Shown here piece after piece: positions 46,784 through 57,151 of a stretch of 64,000 nt of DNA. The notes under the pieces are model-generated. The model was not told the origin of the DNA. It saw only the letters and a list, made by a program, of their open reading frames with translations, and ran no database searches. Position 1 is the stretch's first letter. Each line of letters starts with the position of its first letter. Source of the stretch: Thermoanaerobaculia bacterium. GTDB lineage: Bacteria; Acidobacteriota; Thermoanaerobaculia; Multivoradales; Multivoraceae. The stretch spans positions 2,080,001 through 2,144,000 of the forward strand of contig OY762911.1 in assembly GCA_963666565.1 (NCBI GenBank). The letters are read 5' to 3'. A program made the translations under genes and the position numbers.

Positions 46784-46875
46784 CGGGGAATCCGTGGCGC
46801 GTCCGCCTTTCGGATGGGGAGTCTACGTCAGGCTCGCTCCTCAGGTTGCCGGCTGATCGCTCTGCCAGCGGCCGA

Positions 46876-47343
46876 CTACTCCTCACGGAGGGCCGCCAGC
46901 CACTCGGCCGAGGACGTGAAGTAGCGGCCCTCGGGCGATTCGGCCTTGTCCCTGAGTCCCTCGGAGATCAGGAGGGCCCAACGGACTTCCTGCATCGTGC
47001 CGACGATCCGGGTGTACAGGTTGTCCAAGCGGTCGAGTGCCTCGAAGACGCCGTGCGAAGGGGGGTGCCGGCGTCGACGAAGGCGCGGCGCGAGTGCCTT
47101 AGCTGCTCCTGACGGCGCTTGAAACAGACCTCGGCCTGTTCGAGGGCAGGCGCGACTTCGCCGTCGGGGTCGGGTCTCCCCGGAGGCGAGCCTCTCGATC
47201 GCCTTCGCCAGCGTGTTGCCCGCCCAGTCGATCACGGAGAGGAGGTTGTCATACTGCTGGCACAGCCCGTTCGTGAGGGGGTCGAGCAGGCCGTCGGCCG
47301 CCCGTGACGACTCCTTCGCCCGAGCCACCGCCTCCTCCGCCAT
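46876..47343 (-). CDS. hypothetical protein, possibly degraded
   Basis: Protein-like N- and C-termini (ending FTSSAEWLAALREE) around an Arg/Pro-rich middle that looks out of frame. Confidence 0.45.
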   Translation of the reverse strand: MAEEAVARAKESSRAADGLLDPLTNGLCQQYDNLLSVIDWAGNTLAKAIERLASGETRPRRRSRACPRTGRGLFQAPSGAAKALAPRLRRRRHPPSHGVFEALDRLDNLYTRIVGTMQEVRWALLISEGLRDKAESPEGRYFTSSAEWLAALREE

Positions 47344-47446
47344 CGGCCCAGTGGGCGACCTGATGCGCGCCGCTGTGCCGGGGAGAATCGCCCGACTCGG
47401 CGCCGCTACCGAGGCCGCTGAGAGTGCTAGCCTCGGCTGCGGCACG

Positions 47447-47671
47447 ATGGCTACGAGAACCGCATTCGACGTCTTCCGCGGCTGCGGCGGCCTGACTCTC
47501 GGACCGAAGCAGGCGGGCTTCCGCGTGGTCGGCGCCGTCGACATCGACCGGCTCGCACTCGCGGCGTACGAGTCGCGCGTTCAGCATGCACGTGCGCAAG
47601 TGGTGCGCCGGTGCGGAGACCGGCTTCGCTCTCAGGATAGACGACCTCACGAAGCCCTGCGACGAGGTTGA
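47447..47671 (+). pseudogene. DNA cytosine-5 methyltransferase N-terminal remnant
   Basis: MATRTAFDVFRGCGGLTLG.KQAGFRVVGAVDID (motifs I-II), then similarity is lost; no PCQ motif. Confidence 0.82.
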
Positions 47672-48513
47672 GCACGTTGTCACTGGCGGCACGACCGGCA
47701 CGGCGCCAGCCGACCTGGGCGCTCATGGCGAAGACCGCAAGGCAGATCGAGACTGCCGGGGACGATCCCGAAACCCTGCGGGCGCTCCTGGGCCACCTCC
47801 GGGATTGGAAGGTGCTGGAGAGCCGGGCGACTCTCGAAGTCGTCCGCGGCCGCCTGGAGATCGTCGAGAAGTTCCGGCGCATGATCGCGAGCGACGCACC
47901 GGAGACCGCGCCGCGGGTGGGCACCGACAACATCTGCGATCTGCTGGCCGGCTATCCCTGGTTGCTCAATCCCGAGTGGCAGGCACTGTCCGAAGAGAAG
48001 GCCGTCTCGACTCAGCTCCGCGAGTGGATTTCGGAGGACGTCGAGGATGAAGACGAGTGGCTGCGATACGAGTATCTGGCGCTCAGCGACGAGCGGCGGT
48101 TGGTTGTCGTGGACATCAAGCGTCCGGGCTCGGCAGTGACGTTGGACGAGCTTCAGCGACTCGAGCGCTACAAGGAGCGTCTGGCCTTCGTCGGCGGGAA
48201 GGAGATCAGCATGCTGATGGTGTGCGGTCCCAACCTGAACGTGACTCCGGAGATCGAGCGAACGTGGGCCCGGAGGAGCGACGGAGAGATTCTCCGCTGG
48301 AGCAGCCTGTGTGATCGGGCCAAGGCGCACTACGAGCACTACCGCGCCATCCTGGAGAGGCACGTCGACGATCCCTTCTTCGCTCGGAAGGAAGAGGAAG
48401 TCCGGCGGACCCGACGGGTGTTGGAGAGCGGTACGGCCTGTCGAGGCCCGGATGCTCGGGCACGTGGCCTCGGCTCGGAGGATGTCGCGTCGGGGAACGA
48501 CGGAAAGAACTGA
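47668..48513 (+). pseudogene. C-terminal fragment of a restriction-endonuclease-like (PD-(D/E)xK) protein
   Basis: YPWLLNPEW, RYEYLAL...VVVDIKRPG...ELQRLERY; N-terminus appears deleted together with most of the MTase. Confidence 0.6.
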
Positions 48514-48528
48514 AGGCCCGGCAGACTG

Positions 48529-49105
48529 CTACTCGACTCGCGCTGTCAGTGCCGGGCGCCTCAAGGTGGGCGGCCACCGCCACGGGCGCTCCCTGATGTC
48601 GCGCAGGGCCATGGGCTCGCCGTTCCGGACCGGCATGGATTCTTCGCCGGTGATCACGATCTCCGCTTCTTCCAGGCGTTCGATCAGCTCGCGGGCGGGG
48701 TCCGGGCCCATTGGGCACCGAGGGGAGACGCGTGCAACGACCGGCTGCGGGGATGGTCGAACTACACGCCCCGGTCGTCCATGCTGACGGTGAAGTCGCC
48801 CTCGTAGAGCAGGCGGTGGAGCTCGCGGCAGAGGGGCTCGAGGATCAAGAGCTTCGTTTCGCCGCTATCGGCCCTGTGAACGACGTGATGCGCGTCGCAG
48901 TGCCGGGAAAACCACCCAGGAGGCGTCAACCTCATTGCGGAACACTAGGGCGCGGCGGGTCGGCGTCGGGATGGTGCGGGTCTTGCGGCCGACGCGGAGG
49001 ATCCGGCCGGAGTTGTGCTGCATATCGACCTTGCCGGCGCCGCACGCGATGCGCCGGGCCGTCTCATCGCTGACCGGGACGTGGGAGTCGCCGAGCTAGG
49101 CACCG
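48529..49105 (-). pseudogene. degenerate HNH endonuclease remnant, copy A
   Basis: Minus strand at ~48790-48920 reads PG..SRHCDAHHVVHRADSGETKL..L.PLCRELHRLLYEG. Confidence 0.65.
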
Positions 49106-49626
49106 TGGAGGGACGGACCTTCGGACCGCGACGAGGTCGACGGCGCTGGGTGTAGAACGTGCCGGCGCTCTTACGCCAATGCCGGCGGATTGGCTCAGAG
49201 CACTGCCGGAAAGAGCCGTCCTGCCCATGAGAGCGGATCAAAGCCGAGTTCCGTGTCGCGATCGTGTGGTACTCTCCACATATGCGCAACTTCGGCTCCG
49301 CTTGCGGAACGGCGTGGATCAAGCTATGGGAGTCGGAGGCAGAGTCGCGGACGGCTCTACTGACCGGCGCCGACGACGCGAACGGAGTGAAGCAGTGACC
49401 GAGCGCTCTGCTTCCATGCAGACCATGAGACGTTCCCCTGACAATGACCTAACGAGGCTTCGCCTCAGACCGACGAGCATGTTCGCGGCGGTGGTCGGCC
49501 TCGGCCTTGGCGTCGATCGGACTCCGGTCGCTGCTTCAGCTGCGGAGTGAATCCGCCGTATTGTCGCTCTGCGGCGAAGGTGGCCTTAAGCTGGCCGGTG
49601 AGAAGCCCATCGACCGGAGTCCGCTG

Positions 49627-51228
49627 ATGAAGGTAGCACGCACGGCAGCCGAGGTTCTTGAGGAGCATGTGTCGTTGACGCTGGAGTGCGTCGATCGGAT
49701 GTACCTCAACGTCTACGTACCGGTGCTTCAGCGTGGCGCGGGCGCGGCCTGGTTCTTCCGGGAGGTGCGGGGCGCGCAGGTGCCGTCGTCGGTGCTGATG
49801 GCGCCGATGACGAGGCGGTTCGTGGCCGCGATCAAGGGCTACGCGCGGCAGCATCGGATCGACATCGTCCCGTTTCGGCGCGGCGAGCGCAAGGACGACC
49901 GCACCCGCGAGTACCTTCGCCGGTGGCATGGAGGCGAGGGGGTGCTGTACGTCGGCAAGGCGCAGGAGAAGGCTCGGGTGCTGCGTACCGAGCGTCGTTA
50001 CGACTCGGCGACCGACGCGGGCTATCCGTGGCTGGTGCACTCGACGGCGATGGTCAACCAGTACTACTTCTACGTGTTCGACGACGACTTCGGTCCGTTC
50101 TTCCTGAAGTTCTGCTCGTACTTCCCCTACAACGCCAAGCTGTGCATCAACGGACACGAGTACCTCAAGCGCCAGTTGAGCAAGCGGGGGATCGAGTACG
50201 AGGCGCTGGACAACGGCATCCTGCGCTGCTCGGACCCGGAGGCGATGCAGCGGCTCGCCGACGGCCTCGACGCGGACAAGATCGACGCGCTGCTGCGCAA
50301 GTGGCTGGCTCGCCTGCCGCATCCGTTCTCCGCCGGCGACCGGCGGCGGGGCATCCGCTACGCCGTCTCGATCCTCCAGGCCGAATTCGCCCTGACCCAG
50401 GTCTTCGACCGCCCGGTGCAGGGTCGGGTCTTCTTCGAGGAGGTGCTGCGCGAGCACCTCGACATGGGACGGCCCGAGCACGTGCAGTTGATCTTCAAGC
50501 GCCGCGTCACGCGACGCACCCCCTCGCGGTATCGCACCCGCGTCATTACCGACGGGGTCTCCCCGTCGCTGCACGTCGACTACAAGCACTCGCGCATCAA
50601 GCAGTACCACAAGGAAGGGCGCGCCCTGCGCACCGAGACGGTGATCAACGACACCTACGACTTCGATGTCGGTCGTTTGCTGAGAAACCTCGATGACCTC
50701 AAGAAGGTCGGCTTCGCCGCCAACCGACGCCTGCTCGGCGTCCAAACTCTCAGCCACGACTGTCTGCTCGGAGCCGAAACGCTCGACGATCTGCACCGTC
50801 CGCGGTGCATCTCGGGTCAGCGCGCTTCGGCGCTTCGCTTCGGAGACCGCAGGGTGCAGAGTCTCTTCGCCGCCCTGCTGCGCTTCAGCCTCCTGCCCAA
50901 CGGCTTCCGCAACCGCGACCTGCGGCCCGCGGTCGCCAGTCTGTGCGGACTCACGCCGGACCGCTACGGACCCTCCCGCATGACCTACGACCTGCGCCGA
51001 CTGCGACTGCGGGGAATCGTCGAACGGGTTCCGCGCACCCACCGCTACCGGATCACCGACTGGGGACTGCGCGTAGCGTTCGCCTACCACCGGACCCACG
51101 CCCGAGTGCTCGGCCCCGTCATGTCCGCCACCCTCGACCCGGAAGCCAACGCCCGGCTACGAAGAACCGTCGCCAGCTACGACCGCGAGGTCCAAAGAGC
51201 TTGGCGAGGACAGCGACTCGCAGCCTGA
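49627..51228 (+). CDS. uncharacterised putative transposase/replication-initiator-like protein with C-terminal wHTH
   Basis: 533 aa; YKHSRIKQYHKEGRALRTETVIND and C-terminal MTYDLRRLRLRGIVERVPRTHRYRIT; host-like codons amid decayed DNA. Confidence 0.7.
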   Translation: MKVARTAAEVLEEHVSLTLECVDRMYLNVYVPVLQRGAGAAWFFREVRGAQVPSSVLMAPMTRRFVAAIKGYARQHRIDIVPFRRGERKDDRTREYLRRWHGGEGVLYVGKAQEKARVLRTERRYDSATDAGYPWLVHSTAMVNQYYFYVFDDDFGPFFLKFCSYFPYNAKLCINGHEYLKRQLSKRGIEYEALDNGILRCSDPEAMQRLADGLDADKIDALLRKWLARLPHPFSAGDRRRGIRYAVSILQAEFALTQVFDRPVQGRVFFEEVLREHLDMGRPEHVQLIFKRRVTRRTPSRYRTRVITDGVSPSLHVDYKHSRIKQYHKEGRALRTETVINDTYDFDVGRLLRNLDDLKKVGFAANRRLLGVQTLSHDCLLGAETLDDLHRPRCISGQRASALRFGDRRVQSLFAALLRFSLLPNGFRNRDLRPAVASLCGLTPDRYGPSRMTYDLRRLRLRGIVERVPRTHRYRITDWGLRVAFAYHRTHARVLGPVMSATLDPEANARLRRTVASYDREVQRAWRGQRLAA

Positions 51229-51389
51229 GGCCGACCTCCGTCACGCCGAATCGACACGGACACCCCGAACCAAACTTGACTCAACTGTTAAGACGCCCCT
51301 TGTTCAAGGAGTCTAGGGAAGTTCGCGGTTTGTGGGGCCGCCCGGGAGCGTCGGAACGAGGAAGCAGCTTGCAGGTCGTGACGACTGGG

Positions 51390-52286
51390 ATGAAAATGTC
51401 GTACTATGTCATTCGGGGCGACTTTCATCTCTTTTACCGGTCGTCGAGGCACGTTGGCTCGCGGCCCGACGGTGACTCAGTCTGGTTTAGGCCGAAGAAC
51501 GTCGCCCGCTTGAAGCGCCTCAGGGGACGTAGCGCTCATCGGAATGCCGGAGGGTTTACCCAACTACGGTTTGAGGGGATCGACGCATTAGAGTTGCACT
51601 ACAGAGGAAGCAACCACCAGGTCGCGCGGAATTCCATTGGTGCCCGAGACGAGATCCTGACACTGGTTGGATTTGGTAACGTCACGTACGCTCCACACGT
51701 ACGCGGAAAGATCGATACCAGTGTGCGGTCTGCGGCCTGTCACCCTCGAAGCGGCTATATTGTGGCCCGTAACGTGGATGTGTTCGGGCGACCAGTGGCT
51801 TTTGCCTTTGTGGGCCGGACGCAATACCGGGACGGTGCGAGAGTCTTCCTTGATACTCCTCTAGTCAACAGGAGCCTCAACGCCCGACTGATGGAAGGCG
51901 GACATGTGTATCCAAGCTTCTACACGACCCTTCCCGCCAACCTTAGAAATCGACTGCAGCGCATCGCGCTCACAGCCCGGAACAAGGGACTAGGGCTATG
52001 GCCCTCCGACGCTACGAACGGTAACCCTCTTGTCCGGGGCTTGGCGGACCTTGAGTCGATTGCCATCTGGCCTAAGCTCTACCGGCGGCTATTCGCCTAC
52101 TTTCAATCCGGCAAGGGGAGCTTGACGGGGTTTGATCGCTGGCTACGGGCAGATCCCAAGAGAGACGACGAATTGCGGATTGGCAGCCAAGCACGCGTCG
52201 GGAGAATTCACGACGTCGTGACTGTCAATCAGAATCGTATCACCATGAACTTCGACCCGGCTGACCTCGTGATCGTGCCGCGTTAG
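51390..52286 (+). CDS. thermonuclease (SNase-like) protein
   Basis: PDGDSV, LRFEGIDALE, DVFGRPVA, NARLM..GH, ARNKGLGLW; visibly lower GC. Confidence 0.8.
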   Translation: MKMSYYVIRGDFHLFYRSSRHVGSRPDGDSVWFRPKNVARLKRLRGRSAHRNAGGFTQLRFEGIDALELHYRGSNHQVARNSIGARDEILTLVGFGNVTYAPHVRGKIDTSVRSAACHPRSGYIVARNVDVFGRPVAFAFVGRTQYRDGARVFLDTPLVNRSLNARLMEGGHVYPSFYTTLPANLRNRLQRIALTARNKGLGLWPSDATNGNPLVRGLADLESIAIWPKLYRRLFAYFQSGKGSLTGFDRWLRADPKRDDELRIGSQARVGRIHDVVTVNQNRITMNFDPADLVIVPR

Positions 52287-52309
52287 TCTGGCCGGCAGAC
52301 GCGAAGTCG

Positions 52310-52968
52310 TGCTGGAAAGCGGTAACAGCCTATGGAGGCTCGGGCACGTGGCCTCGGCCCACCGGATGTCGCGTTGAAGGACGACGCGAGGAACTGAGGG
52401 CCCCGTCAGGCTGCTACTCGGCTTGGGCCGCCCGCGACGGACTCCTTTCCCGCGCCACCGCCGCCTCAAGGCGCGGTGCGGCCCGCCACAGGCACTCCAT
52501 GACGGAGCGCAGGTCCATCGGCTTGCCGTCCCAAGCCCGGCATCGACTCTTTGCCGGCGATCAGGATGCCCGCTTCTTCCAGGCGTTCGACCAGTTCGCC
52601 GACGGGGTTCGGGCCCATCTGGGGGTGGCGAGGACACTCGTGCAGCGGCCGGCCGCGGGGATGTGCGAACCGCACGCGCCCCGGTCGTCCATGCGGACTG
52701 TGAAGAGGCCTTAGTGGAGTAGGCGATGGCTTCGGCTGCAGAGGGGCAGCAGGTTCCACAGGTTCGTTTCGCCGCTATCGGCCAGTGAACGAGGAAATGC
52801 GCGTCGCTGTGCCGGGAAAGAGCGGTCCGGAAAGCGGCACCCTTGGTCGCGGAGCTCCCTGGCGCGGAAGTTGGGCGGCCCGATGGCGCGCTCTTTCGGC
52901 CAACGCCGGGGATCCGGCCGGCGCCGTGTGGCATCTCGACCTTGCCCGCGTCGAAGGCGGTGCGCCGC
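52310..52968 (-). pseudogene. degenerate HNH endonuclease remnant, copy B (interrupted by IS)
   Basis: RDQGCRFP...ADSGETNLWNLLPLCSRSHRLLH; DNA is a diverged repeat of ~48420-49056. Confidence 0.65.
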
Positions 52969-53007
52969 GGAACCTGTCAACGAGTTTGACACAGGGGCTT
53001 CTCGGAT

Positions 53008-54006
53008 TTACTGAGCCATCTCCGATGCTTCGGGGCTCGGCTTGTTGATCCAGACGGCCTGAGGCAGGGGTTGGTGCATCGGCTCGCCGCCGACGAATCG
53101 TTCCGGGTGGCGTCTCCAGGCGGCGCTCAGCGCTCGCTGGCGCTGTTCGATCGCGGCTTGGGCCCGGCCGTAGTGGACGGTCTCCGGAGTCAGCATGGCG
53201 ATGCCGGCATGCCGGTGCTCGGTGTTGTACCAAGGGAAGAAGGACCTGCAGTAGCCGGTCGCCGCGTCCTGGTCGGGGAAGCGGTCGGGAAAGCCGGGGT
53301 GGTACTTCAGGGTCTTGAACTGGGCTTCGGAGAAGGGGTTGTCGTCGCTGACGCGAGGTCGGCCCAGGGATCGGTTCACGCCGAGGCGGGCGAGCAGTTG
53401 GGCGGTACCCTGGCTGGTCATGGGCGCGCCCCGGTCGGAGTGCAGGGTGAGCACCGAGGGTTTCACGCCGTGCTTGAGGCAGGTCTCCTCGATGAGCCTC
53501 TGGGCGAGCGCGGCATTCTCGCGGTCGGCAACCATCCAGCCGACCGCGTAGCGGCTGAAAAGGTCGAGCAGGACGTAGAGGTAGTAGTAGCTCCAGGGCC
53601 GCGGGCCGAGCAGCCTGGTGATGTCCCACGACCACACCTGGTTGGGCGCGGTGGCGACCAACTCCGGCTTGGCGTAGGGCGGGTGGACCCGCTGGTTGCG
53701 ACGGTCCTTCACCTCCCCGTTCGCGCCCAGGATGCGGTACATCGTGCGTTCCGAGCACAGGTACCGGCCCTCGTCCAGCAGCGTCGCCACCACCTCCGCC
53801 GGCGAGCGATCCACGAACCGGGGAGACGCGAGCGTCGCCTCGACCCGCTCCCGCTCGATCTCGCTCAGCGCCCGGGCGGGCGCGGGTCGGGGCAGCTGGC
53901 GCCCGGGAGCGGGCCTCGCTCGACGGTAGAAGGTCGATCGCGACACGCCCAGCGCCCGGCACGCCGGCGCGACGCCGACCTTGCTTGCCAGGGACCGGGC
54001 CGCCAT
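53008..54006 (-). CDS. IS3 transposase OrfB (DDE/rve)
   Basis: PNQVWSWDIT, LDLFSR, HSDRG, DNPFSEAQFKTLK, WYNTEHRH. Confidence 0.93.
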   Translation of the reverse strand: MAARSLASKVGVAPACRALGVSRSTFYRRARPAPGRQLPRPAPARALSEIERERVEATLASPRFVDRSPAEVVATLLDEGRYLCSERTMYRILGANGEVKDRRNQRVHPPYAKPELVATAPNQVWSWDITRLLGPRPWSYYYLYVLLDLFSRYAVGWMVADRENAALAQRLIEETCLKHGVKPSVLTLHSDRGAPMTSQGTAQLLARLGVNRSLGRPRVSDDNPFSEAQFKTLKYHPGFPDRFPDQDAATGYCRSFFPWYNTEHRHAGIAMLTPETVHYGRAQAAIEQRQRALSAAWRRHPERFVGGEPMHQPLPQAVWINKPSPEASEMAQ

Positions 54007-54521
54007 CAGCAGTCCTTCCCGTCTTCGAGGCTGAATCCCAGCAGCCCTGCAACTTTTCCCTGCACGTCCAGGATCGTGTGGGCGGCGGCGAGCTCCCTCT
54101 CCAGCCGCTTCACCTTGGCCTCCAGCCGCTTCACCTTCGGCGCCAGAGGGTTGGCCTCGGTCGGCTTGCGGCCCCGCTTCTTCGGCCGCAGACCGGAAAG
54201 CGCGCCCTCTCGCCGCGCCTTGCGCCAGTTGGCCAGGTGCGAGCTGTACAGACCCTCTCGCCGAAGCAGACGGCCCACTTCGCCGCGGTCCGTGCATCGG
54301 TCCGCCTCCTCCAGAATCCGCAGACGGTACTCCGCCGTGAACTGCCGTCTGGTCGGCTTCGCCACGACCTCCGGGTCGGGAACACCCCCCGCGGGCGACG
54401 CGCCGGCCCCGGGGGCCTCGTCGCTCCGCTCCTCACCCCCCGGGGCCGGGAGCTCCGGGCCACCCCAACGTCTCTGCTCTCGTCTCGCCATCGATCCTCC
54501 TTGCCAACGTGTGCCCTCCAC
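54006..54521 (-). CDS. IS3 transposase OrfA (HTH + leucine zipper)
   Basis: RRQFTAEYRLRIL, LRREGLYSSHLANWR; slippery GGGAAAA at 54054-54060 shifts -1 into the OrfB frame. Confidence 0.9.
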   Translation of the reverse strand: MEGTRWQGGSMARREQRRWGGPELPAPGGEERSDEAPGAGASPAGGVPDPEVVAKPTRRQFTAEYRLRILEEADRCTDRGEVGRLLRREGLYSSHLANWRKARREGALSGLRPKKRGRKPTEANPLAPKVKRLEAKVKRLERELAAAHTILDVQGKVAGLLGFSLEDGKDC

Positions 54522-54913
54522 TATTCAACGGGATCCCCGCTGTGTCACGTACGTTGGCAGAGAGGGCCGCGCGATCTTGGCGATGACGGGAAGCCGGAGT
54601 CGCGGAGGCAGCACCAAAGGGGGTCGCCTTGCTCGTTTCCCTCCAAGTCCTGAGCGCCGAGAGAAGACCGGGTGAGGACGCCACCGGATCGGCCCAGCCC
54701 GACAATGCGACTTGGCCGATACAATCCCCGCATGGAAGAAGGGACGGTCGCAGTGACGCCGATCGCCACAGTTGCATCGGCAGTAACCGTGGTTGCTGCC
54801 GCTCCGGCGGGATGGAACACGTCCCGCCCTCAACCGGAACTGGCGCCTGCCGGCGAGCAACCGTCGGGCTGCTGACCTGAACCTCCGCACGCTAGATCGA
54901 AGAGCAAGAGTCC

Positions 54914-56080
54914 ATGACTAGCAAGCCGACAAGACTCCTGGAGCAAGCGCACGCCGAGTTGGACGTCCTTTGGCGAGCGGGGAAGCCGGGCCTCCGCGCG
55001 GCAGAGGCGGCCTTTCGCGGTGAGATGGACGAGTACTGGGGGCCGGCGTTTGAGCGCTTTGAGGAGCTCTTCTACTTCTACGTGGACATCGCGGAGATGC
55101 TGAGCCGGCAGTGCCACAACGAGAACGGACTGTGGGCAATCGACCTTACCTCCGGCGTTCCGCCTCCGGGCGGCTGGCTGAGTCAAGCGGTTCATGTAAC
55201 CAACATGAAGACGGTGAGGACTTCATTAGCGGCGCTCCAGTTGGCGAAGGCGGGGATGTGCAACGATGCCTATGCTCTCTGCCGAGTGCTCTACGAAGTG
55301 TATCTTGTAAGGGGATTCATCGTACAGCATATGGACGCCCTGCTGGTCGCTCAGCGGTACTTCGATCACGTCGCGGTGACTGAAGAGCGCACCAAGAGGT
55401 CCATGGAACCTTGGCTGTCTGAAGAAGAACGCGCCTCGATCCGGGACGAAAGGAACGACCCGGGGAGCGGGATCAACAGACTGAAGCAGAAGTACGGAAG
55501 TGAGTGGACGTACTTCCGTAAGGACTATGGCTGGGCGTTCCCAAACCGGGAGGATCGTAACGGTACCATTGTGGCGAGCCCGAACCTGGAGGATCTCGCG
55601 CGCTTCGTGACGAAAAGCGGCGGCCACCACTACGTCTACAGGAAGGCCAGTCAGCAGCTGCATGCTAGCGTCGCAGGGACGCTAGGTTTTGGTTCCTGGG
55701 ACGAAGTTCCAATAGCGCCTGTACTTCGTGGCGTAGACACGATACTCCGCTACGTGGCGCCATGGATCCGAGACGCCGGCTTCACCAGCTTGGAGGTGAT
55801 GGCTAGAGATGACGAACAGGCGCTGGGACTGGAGGAAGCCGATCAGGCCTGCGTCGATCTTCTGGCGAAACTCACCGATGAGCTTGATGATGCGGTGGAA
55901 GACTGTCGAAGACGGGTGAGAGAGCGACAGAAGAGCGACTTGGGGAAGCGTGACAACATGTATGAGACCCTTCGAAGGGAGAAGCTCCTCGGGATCCGAA
56001 GAGGCCAGGATGACGGCACGGAGAGCGGCTGGGAAGCCCTTAGCGAGTCTCTCAGAAGGGGTGAGGGAGGCCCTTCCTGA
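54914..56080 (+). CDS. DUF5677-like (HEPN-superfamily-like) protein
   Basis: AYALCRVLYE, YGWA, Y.YRKASQQLHA pattern; lower GC. Confidence 0.65.
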   Translation: MTSKPTRLLEQAHAELDVLWRAGKPGLRAAEAAFRGEMDEYWGPAFERFEELFYFYVDIAEMLSRQCHNENGLWAIDLTSGVPPPGGWLSQAVHVTNMKTVRTSLAALQLAKAGMCNDAYALCRVLYEVYLVRGFIVQHMDALLVAQRYFDHVAVTEERTKRSMEPWLSEEERASIRDERNDPGSGINRLKQKYGSEWTYFRKDYGWAFPNREDRNGTIVASPNLEDLARFVTKSGGHHYVYRKASQQLHASVAGTLGFGSWDEVPIAPVLRGVDTILRYVAPWIRDAGFTSLEVMARDDEQALGLEEADQACVDLLAKLTDELDDAVEDCRRRVRERQKSDLGKRDNMYETLRREKLLGIRRGQDDGTESGWEALSESLRRGEGGPS

Positions 56081-56152
56081 ATGCGCCCAGGCCGGCTCGT
56101 GCGTTGGACGTTCGGAACCTGTCAACGAGTTTGACACAGGGGCTTCTCGGAT

Positions 56153-57151
56153 TTACTGAGCCATCTCCGATGCTTCGGGGCTCGGCTTGTTGATCCAGAC
56201 GGCCTGAGGCAGGGGTTGGTGCATCGGCTCGCCGCCGACGAATCGTTCCGGGTGGCGTCTCCAGGCGGCGCTCAGCGCTCGCTGGCGCTGTTCGATCGCG
56301 GCTTGGGCCCGGCCGTAGTGGACGGTCTCCGGAGTCAGCATGGCGATGCCGGCATGCCGGTGCTCGGTGTTGTACCAGGGGAAGAAGGACCTGCAGTAGC
56401 CGGTCGCCGCGTCCTGGTCGGGGAAGCGGTCGGGAAAGCCGGGGTGGTACTTCAGGGTCTTGAACTGGGCTTCGGAGAAGGGGTTGTCGTCGCTGACGCG
56501 AGGTCGGCCCAGGGATCGGTTCACGCCGAGGCGGGCGAGCAGTTGGGCGGTACCCTGGCTGGTCATGGGCGCGCCCCGGTCGGAGTGCAGGGTGAGCACC
56601 GAGGGTTTCACGCCGTGCTTGAGGCAGGTCTCCTCGATGAGCCTCTGGGCGAGCGCGGCATTCTCGCGGTCGGCAACCATCCAGCCGACCGCGTAGCGGC
56701 TGAAAAGGTCGAGCAGGACGTAGAGGTAGTAGTAGCTCCAGGGCCGCGGGCCGAGCAGCCTGGTGATGTCCCACGACCACACCTGGTTGGGCGCGGTGGC
56801 GACCAACTCCGGCTTGGCGTAGGGCGGGTGGACCCGCTGGTTGCGACGGTCCTTCACCTCCCCGTTCGCGCCCAGGATGCGGTACATGGTGCGTTCCGAG
56901 CACAGGTACCGGCCCTCGTCCAGCAGCGTCGCCACCACCTCCGCCGGCGAGCGATCCACGAACCGGGGAGACGCGAGCGTCGCCTGGACCCGCTCCCGCT
57001 CGATCTCGCTCAGCGCCCGGGCGGGCGCGGGTCGGGGCAGCTGGCGCCCGGGAGCGGGCCTCGCCCTACGGTAGAACGTCGATCGCGACACGCCCAGCGC
57101 CCGGCACGCCGGCGCGACGCCGACCTTGCTTGCCAGGGACCGGGCCGCCAT
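56153..57151 (-). CDS. IS3 transposase OrfB
   Basis: Same DDE motifs as copy 1. Confidence 0.93.
   Translation of the reverse strand: MAARSLASKVGVAPACRALGVSRSTFYRRARPAPGRQLPRPAPARALSEIERERVQATLASPRFVDRSPAEVVATLLDEGRYLCSERTMYRILGANGEVKDRRNQRVHPPYAKPELVATAPNQVWSWDITRLLGPRPWSYYYLYVLLDLFSRYAVGWMVADRENAALAQRLIEETCLKHGVKPSVLTLHSDRGAPMTSQGTAQLLARLGVNRSLGRPRVSDDNPFSEAQFKTLKYHPGFPDRFPDQDAATGYCRSFFPWYNTEHRHAGIAMLTPETVHYGRAQAAIEQRQRALSAAWRRHPERFVGGEPMHQPLPQAVWINKPSPEASEMAQ

Larger units (their letters stand above)
52969..54566 (-). mobile_element. IS3-family insertion sequence, copy 1 (1598 bp)
   Basis: orfA/orfB; imperfect IRs TGTCAACGAGTTTGACACAG / TGCCAACGTACGTGACACAG; flanking direct repeat CCGC (52965-52968, 54567-54570). 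Confidence 0.92.
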
